Part shown: piece by piece, positions 58,779-64,000 of the stretch | Numbering within the stretch: position 1 is the first letter of the stretch | Layout of the letters: the number at the start of each line of letters is the position of its first letter | Origin: a virus | Taxonomy: Duplodnaviria; Caudoviricetes | Reading direction: 5' to 3' (one strand) | DNA: 64,000 nucleotides | Virus record (IMG/VR): IMGVR_UViG_2721755587_000002 | Notes under the pieces: model-generated | What the model was told of the DNA's origin: nothing | Seen by the model: the letters and a program-made list of their open reading frames with translations, nothing else | Database searches by the model: none | Made by a program: the position numbers and the translations under genes

Positions 58779-58963
58779 GCCAACTCAGGAATGCCTGAAT
58801 CGACAGCGCCGTGGGCGACAAGGTGATATCGGCCGAGCTATAAAAAGGGTTCAGCGTGTGGGGGGAACCAATTTTGGCCATTTACAGACTGTCGCCAGAT
58901 CGGCCAATTTTCGGCCTAAGCAGACGGGCGGCGGCCTAACGGCGCTCGCATAGCGGCCGAATA

Positions 58964-59923
58964 TCACGCAAGTTCGGGCCTCAACCGGGTGGGCTCCTTT
59001 GCCTGCCACCAATCAGCAAAGCCGCGGGCTGAAAACGTGGATCGTCGTCCGTTAGGAAAGACCGTAGAAGGCGCATAGCGACAAATCAAATATACAAGCT
59101 CCGGCACGCTCCAGACTTGAACGCCGAGTCGCTGGCATTCGGCTTTTGACTCTTCGCTCAGGCGATACGTCGTGACCAGTACCAACTGCAATGGCGTCAG
59201 CATCTGGATGCCAAAACTTCTCCAGTGACCGCTCTCGCTTCTCTGGATGAGCCAACTACCAACTAACTCCCGTATGTGCGCTGGGTTGATTACTTTCAAG
59301 TTATCAGGGTCAGAACCAATCGCGGCTTTCGACGACGCGACGACCATGACGCGATGGCCGGGTCGAATGACCTTGTCACCAATGAGGCCATCTAGAAATG
59401 CGTCCTCAATGTGGATCAGTTGATTCCATGCGATGGCGTCTACCCCTTGATCTCCAGAGCCCTTCGTAGCTTCGCCGTAGTGACATGCGGCAGACAAAAT
59501 GGCAGCGGCCACAACTTCAAGCTTGTGGCCCTGGTCAAGTTGCAGCAGCTCTCGGCGAATGGCGCGATGCCTCCCTATCCGGGTCAGGAAGTCGGCGGGG
59601 TAGTCTGAAGGCAGTCCTTTAAGCCTCAGGTATGTGGAGATCCCAGAAATAAACGTCCGATTCTGGGGCTTTCTGTGAAAGATGATGAAGGAGGGGACCT
59701 CGCCTTTGTCCCGAAGCAATTCGTCGCGCGCGCAGGTGAGACGGCCGACGGTCACTGCTCCAGTTCCGGTTAAATCTGGGTCGGGAAATACGCCTGCCCG
59801 TTGGATTGCATTTAGACCCAAAACGTCCCCAAAAAAGTCTTCGATGGACTTTTCCGGCGCATCAAAGTCAAGCGCACAGGCGTGATTAATCACTCGCCGA
59901 ATATCCGCACTAGTCAAGGTCAT
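58964..59923 (-). CDS. Mrr-like restriction endonuclease-fold protein
   Basis: LE...A.IL, T.GSGDQGVDAIA, IRELVGS, LVTT..LS..S...GVQVW...EL. Confidence 0.7.
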   Translation of the reverse strand: MTLTSADIRRVINHACALDFDAPEKSIEDFFGDVLGLNAIQRAGVFPDPDLTGTGAVTVGRLTCARDELLRDKGEVPSFIIFHRKPQNRTFISGISTYLRLKGLPSDYPADFLTRIGRHRAIRRELLQLDQGHKLEVVAAAILSAACHYGEATKGSGDQGVDAIAWNQLIHIEDAFLDGLIGDKVIRPGHRVMVVASSKAAIGSDPDNLKVINPAHIRELVGSWLIQRSESGHWRSFGIQMLTPLQLVLVTTYRLSEESKAECQRLGVQVWSVPELVYLICRYAPSTVFPNGRRSTFSARGFADWWQAKEPTRLRPELA

Positions 59924-59924
59924 C

Positions 59925-61241
59925 TTATTCGCCGGACAACGCCTTTATCATGGACAGCATTTTTGTGACCTGCTTGTGCAATTCTAATAGCCTTGCTTCA
60001 GTCTCTGGCGAGTCAGTAAGGTCTTCTGTGGTCGTTCGCTTCAGCGTTCTAGTGAAACTAGCAATCTTCTTGGGTAATGCACCTTCTTTCCGCTCCTCAA
60101 ACAAAATCTCAGCGGACTTGAAGTCGCGGTCGAGCAACGACTCCACAATAGTCGGGTCTTCCAATCTGAGCATGTCGCGAAGCCTGCGAACAGCCATTTC
60201 GGCTGACAGTTCCGGCACGAGGTCATCATCGGTATCCTCACTGCTGGATGATGCGCCTCTAAGTCTGGTAATCAGATAATGGAAAAAGGCATCCTCATTT
60301 TCCCGATTTAGATATTGCATCTCATCGGCCGACCACTCGAGCCATTGAGATATTACAGGTGCCCGGGCAGCTTCTGCGAATGCGTTGTAGGTAAGCGAGT
60401 GCTCAATGGAATTTGCGCGCTCGAACTTTACAAAGTCATGATACAAAACGTGGGCTTTAAGATCGCGAAGGACTTCAGCTTTTTTTCGGCCAAATCGCTC
60501 GGCGACATCCGATGCACTCCAGCCCTCATCAAAGATGAGTCTCGACTGGAATTCATACCTGCTTGCTGGCTCCCAGCTCTTGGCACCCATGAGATGCCGC
60601 ATGCCAATATAAATTTCAGATGCCCGCCGATATGCCGCTAACTGCTGCGTTGATGTACCAATTACAGATCCCTTTAGAACGAAGCAGGGAAGGGTTTGGA
60701 GCGACTCGCGCACAGTTGGGCGCAGCTTCTGAAGAGTGGGTCCATTCTCCTCGAGAAGTCTGCGTACAGCCGTTACCCGTCTGTTACCTTCAAGGACGAG
60801 GAACTTCTCTCCGTCATATCTGGCGACAATTAGGCGTTCATGCTTCAGAAATCCGTTATTTGCAATTGAGGCTGCCAGCGAGCCGATATCGAATCGGGGA
60901 TCGCTGTTGATGACGTCGAATAGCTTCTTCTGGATTGAAGGCTGTCCATAGAGTTTAAGTTCCAAATTCTGGAAAGTTTCACCCACTCGTTCGAGTAACC
61001 GGAGGTTATCGGGGTCAAGAAGCAGTCGCGATGGTTCGATCTCCAGGGAGTCGCCTTCGGGAAGGTCCAGAACGGGCCCTTGGCTGCTTTTGTTTTCCTC
61101 TTCTCGAGGGAGGTCTGCTTTGCTAGTGCGCTTTCGTCCTGTCTTAGCCGTTGGTCTTGACTTCGCAGCTACTTTGGTAGCAGCAGGCGAAGGCCTACGG
61201 GTTGTTGCTGCTGTCTTTTTCGCGGCTGCGCTTGTAGTCAT
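59925..61241 (-). CDS. ParB/Srx-like N-terminal domain protein with HTH
   Basis: LLLDPDN.R, LAASIANNGF, VLEGNRRVTAV; basic disordered N-terminus; low GC. Confidence 0.75.
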   Translation of the reverse strand: MTTSAAAKKTAATTRRPSPAATKVAAKSRPTAKTGRKRTSKADLPREEENKSSQGPVLDLPEGDSLEIEPSRLLLDPDNLRLLERVGETFQNLELKLYGQPSIQKKLFDVINSDPRFDIGSLAASIANNGFLKHERLIVARYDGEKFLVLEGNRRVTAVRRLLEENGPTLQKLRPTVRESLQTLPCFVLKGSVIGTSTQQLAAYRRASEIYIGMRHLMGAKSWEPASRYEFQSRLIFDEGWSASDVAERFGRKKAEVLRDLKAHVLYHDFVKFERANSIEHSLTYNAFAEAARAPVISQWLEWSADEMQYLNRENEDAFFHYLITRLRGASSSSEDTDDDLVPELSAEMAVRRLRDMLRLEDPTIVESLLDRDFKSAEILFEERKEGALPKKIASFTRTLKRTTTEDLTDSPETEARLLELHKQVTKMLSMIKALSGE

Positions 61242-61498
61242 TGGAAAACGTTCTCTAAATTTGGGACGGTTACGCCGCACTGTAAAGCTTTTTCGCGATT
61301 CCGCCAATTCTATCTTCCTTAGCCTGCCAAGCCGAAGTTCATCGCCAGAGATGGCCCCGTGCGTACAGTGCACCTGCTATACCCATGCTTCATAGCGCCG
61401 ATGGCCTTTGTGCCCGTCCTCGCTGCGCAAAGGGTCCCTGTTCGGAATTTCATATCGTGAAATTCCAAGGGCGTGGCTGATTGCGGTCTCCGCGCGCG

Positions 61499-61517
61499 GT
61501 TGAGACCCCGCCTCGCC
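61499..61517 (-). other. cos site (P2-type 19-nt cohesive end)
   Basis: Minus strand GGCGAGGCGGGGTCTCAAC; first 12 nt equal P2 cos GGCGAGGCGGGG. Confidence 0.8.
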
Positions 61518-61709
61518 GGCCCACTTTATCGAGTTCCTTTTCTGCAGGTGCACACAGACCGGTGGCGCCGGCCAGAGCGAGCGGAGCGGTTGAGGACGGA
61601 TCTCGCCAATTCATGCAGATTTATGCGCATAAAGGCACATCGAGCCTGTCAGCCAGGGAGCGAACGGGGCGGTTACCGCTGCGCCAGGAAGTTGAGATCC
61701 AGGGCCGCC

Positions 61710-62004
61710 TCCGGAAAAAGGTAACTTCGCTAACCGCCCCCGAAAATCGCATCTAAGTACTTGATTTGTAAGGGGTGGATGGTTACCTTCGGAAGGTAAT
61801 CCGGGGTAACCAAGAAGGTAACCTACTTCTAAGTAGTTGATTTTATTGAAGGTCGGGTAAGAGGGAAATTACTCTTCAAGAAGGTAACTAATTACCTCCA
61901 GGTTACCCCGAAGTTACCTTCAGCCAGAAAGCTGGAATCCGTTGTCTGGTAAGGCTTTCCGCGATATTCCGTGCGTCAAGTTACTGAGGTTACCTTTTTC
62001 CGGA
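61710..62004. repeat. Iteron array (GGTAAY/RTTACC) with 16-bp terminal IR and two IHF-consensus sites; putative replication origin
   Basis: TCCGGAAAAAGGTAAC...GTTACCTTTTTCCGGA; about 10 hexamers; TAAnnnnTTGATT at 61754 and 61830. Confidence 0.75.
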
Positions 62005-62109
62005 CCCCTGCCCGACTTTAGCGAAGCTGCCGTTATGTGCATTACCGAACACACCCATCAGACACTCTGATGTCTACTTCGCTAGGTGTTCATGCCTTGG
62101 AGAGGCCTC

Positions 62110-62526
62110 ATGGCAACGTCCCGATTCTGTTGTCTCTTTGGTGCGGGGCTGCTTTCTGCGTGCTGTACAGTTCAGCCCCAACAGCAACCGATGGTCACAA
62201 AGCCCTTGAGTGATGTTCTTAAGCAGATCAGCACGCAGATTGCAGAGGCCCGCGCGGCTGAATGTGAAAAACATCAGAGGCTTGGCGTCTACCTTAGTGA
62301 TATCGAACTCACCCTAGGGCTGACGGTCGAAGATAAGGTTGCCGGTGGCATCTCGGTCACTTTCCCGGTAATCGGACAGTTGGCACCATCGGGAACGTTT
62401 GATAGAAGCAAGACAACAACTGCAGGCAACACCCTAGTCATCAAATTCGCAAGCATCAAGGCACCAAAATCGGGGGATCCATGCGACCCTAACAGTACGG
62501 CCCTGAACAAGTCCGTACTGCAATAG
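62110..62526 (+). CDS. Lipoprotein with Trypco2-like domain
   Basis: LSAC lipobox; LSDVL..I...I....IELTLGLTV...GGI...TLVIKF. Confidence 0.6.
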   Translation: MATSRFCCLFGAGLLSACCTVQPQQQPMVTKPLSDVLKQISTQIAEARAAECEKHQRLGVYLSDIELTLGLTVEDKVAGGISVTFPVIGQLAPSGTFDRSKTTTAGNTLVIKFASIKAPKSGDPCDPNSTALNKSVLQ

Positions 62527-62686
62527 CGCTCAGAACAACTGTGATGATCCTGGACTGTTGCGCTAGGAGCGGGGCGGGCATGTAGAGATCTCATTCGCTC
62601 CTCCAGACGCTCAATGTCCGCAATGCGGATTTCCCCTTCGGCTCCGCATGCGATACGTAAGTGCTTGATACTTAGTGCTTCACGCT

Positions 62687-62703
62687 TCCCCTCCCTCGCA
62701 CCA
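62687..62703 (+). repeat. att core copy 2 (attR of prophage 2)
   Basis: TCCCCTCCCTCGCACCA; IHF-consensus at 62658-62670. Confidence 0.9.
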
Positions 62704-62797
62704 TTTCCAGGGCTTTCCGGTACTGCCGAAAGCCTTGAAAAACAAGGGCTTACCGGTAATTCGACTCGGTAGGTTCTTTCTGTTTCTGTCTAGTCCT

Positions 62798-62825
62798 TTC
62801 ACCCAGTTCACCCAAAATTCACCCA
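62798..62825 (+). repeat. TTCACCCA x3; probable arm sites of a third element
   Basis: Seen directly, about 100 bp right of att, 9-11 bp spacing. Confidence 0.55.
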
Positions 62826-62900
62826 CGGTCAGGTTGCCCGCCTGAACTGTTGCGCAGGCCTTGGATTAATCCCCGCTGGAGACGTTGAGTTGGATTCGCC

Positions 62901-63557
62901 TCACAATGCTTTTGGGGCACGTGGCGCAGGCTCCGCATCCATCAACTCCGCCGGGTAGGGCCTCATGAAACTCCGTGCCCGCTCAGTATCCCGGCAACGC
63001 AGCCAGTCATCCCACTGCGTCCGCGGCACGATGACGATCATCCGTTTTTCCTTGCCTGGGGCATGGAAGCGGTTCATCAGCGGGTGCTTGTCCGAGTTGA
63101 TGGTCAGCATGGTGAAGCTGAACAACTCGGCGCCTGCCTCGCTCGGCCACGCCCGCCACAAGCCAGCGATCGCGAAGTCAGGCTGGTCCTTGAGCCAGAT
63201 GCGCCAGCGCACGGACTTGGGCTTCTCCTGATCGGGGTCGTAGAAGGGTTCGTAGAAGCTCGTGGCCGGCACCAGGCAGAGCTGGCCCTTCTTCCACGGC
63301 CCCGAGAACGACCGCTTCTCGCCGACCGTCTCCGATCGCGCGTTGGTGGTGTCAAACTTGGCCACGCCCGGCGGGATGCGGGTCTTGGGTACCATGCCGA
63401 ACGTGCCCACCAGCGCCTGGCGGCTGCCTTCGCTGTCGGCCACGATCAGCGGCGCGGCATAGTCCGGCCATGTCTCCGGCGGGTAATCCATCGGCGGCTC
63501 GATGCCGTAGACGTCGCGCAGCAATTGCCGCTGGACCGGGGCGTAGTTATTGCACAT
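62901..63557 (-). CDS. SRAP/YedK family protein, second copy
   Basis: MCNNY, NARSET; near-identical protein to 24670-25311. Confidence 0.92.
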   Translation of the reverse strand: MCNNYAPVQRQLLRDVYGIEPPMDYPPETWPDYAAPLIVADSEGSRQALVGTFGMVPKTRIPPGVAKFDTTNARSETVGEKRSFSGPWKKGQLCLVPATSFYEPFYDPDQEKPKSVRWRIWLKDQPDFAIAGLWRAWPSEAGAELFSFTMLTINSDKHPLMNRFHAPGKEKRMIVIVPRTQWDDWLRCRDTERARSFMRPYPAELMDAEPAPRAPKAL

Positions 63558-63739
63558 CGCTCTTGACTCACGCTATGCGCGCCGAAATAGTCCCTCTGCG
63601 CCTGGAGGGCGGCGTTGTCGGCCGTTGCTTGTAATAACTCTTGCTAGGGACGACATCCCTTTAGCCATCTCAATGGCTGCTTTTGCGAGTGTGAATGCTG
63701 CAACTACGTCCACGGTGCCTCCTGTTGGCGCCGCGTGCG

Positions 63740-64000
63740 CTATCCGCCGCGGTTCTGGGTGCGCTGTCGAGTGTAAACGCTCTGCATGGCTGGTCCGAAG
63801 AACTCTTCTTCCCAAGCCTCCCGTTCCTCGATGCAGGGTTCGCCACGGATCTCGGCCCGAAAAGTCTCTAGGATCTGCGCGTGCGACATGTGGCAGCCCC
63901 CGCCGTATGCTTTCTGCAACTTGTTGGCGCGCAGCTCGGCGGCCGTGCGCTTCGGATACAGGCACCGGCCGTCCGGGCCGATAGGGAACTCGGGTGCCAT
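63740..64000 (-). CDS. Hypothetical protein (may start beyond window)
   Basis: ORF reaches the window edge. Confidence 0.4.
   Translation of the reverse strand: MAPEFPIGPDGRCLYPKRTAAELRANKLQKAYGGGCHMSHAQILETFRAEIRGEPCIEEREAWEEEFFGPAMQSVYTRQRTQNRGG

Larger units (their letters stand above)
26634..62703. mobile_element. Prophage 2: complete P2/phiCTX/RSA1-like prophage (~36 kb)
   Basis: 17-bp direct repeats, integrase, full P2 structural gene set, cos. Confidence 0.95.

Noticed and set aside
58699-58881. 60-aa minus ORF as a third gene of the ParB/Mrr operon
   Set aside because: Overlaps the portal 3' end, has no clear RBS or motif; unsupported
58933-58963. Integron attC-like GTTAGGC (minus strand) after the Mrr-like gene
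   Set aside because: No matching inverse core or long palindrome, and no integron integrase
61671-62004. CRISPR array
   Set aside because: Repeats are 6-9 nt, in both orientations, irregularly spaced; no cas genes
63573-63713. GTG-start minus ORF (MDVVAAFTLAKAAIEMAKGM...) with AGGAGG RBS
   Set aside because: Only ~46 codons and looks like a truncated remnant; too little to call

Overview
GC-rich betaproteobacterial DNA (Cupriavidus/Ralstonia-like, by inference) made almost entirely of tandem prophages. (1) 1-~26650: right half of a contractile-tailed prophage with sheath, tube, frameshifted chaperone, tape measure, baseplate and tail fibre. It also carries an esterase/O-acyltransferase moron pair, an IS3 element, an SGNH tail protein, the lysis cassette, and an accessory end with HEPN, SRAP and LexA-box-controlled genes. 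(2) 26634-62703: an apparently complete ~36 kb P2/phiCTX/RSA1-type prophage bounded by a 17-bp direct repeat of a tRNA-Leu-like 3' end. It has integrase, primase-helicase, ogr, an immunity region, full tail/lysis/head operons, cos and an iteron-rich putative origin. (3) >62703: the start of a third element with a second SRAP gene. Top leads: (a) the P2-like repressor and the adjacent membrane protein (ORF6C-like/TM/periplasmic) share a VxVxG[ND]VGQxVxGNV motif at the repressor C-terminus and the partner N-terminus, an arrangement like amyloid/RHIM-type signalling pairs; (b) a ParB-like plus Mrr-like nuclease two-gene operon in the portal-cos cargo hotspot, a candidate anti-phage system. All family calls are from motif recognition by eye; no searches were run.
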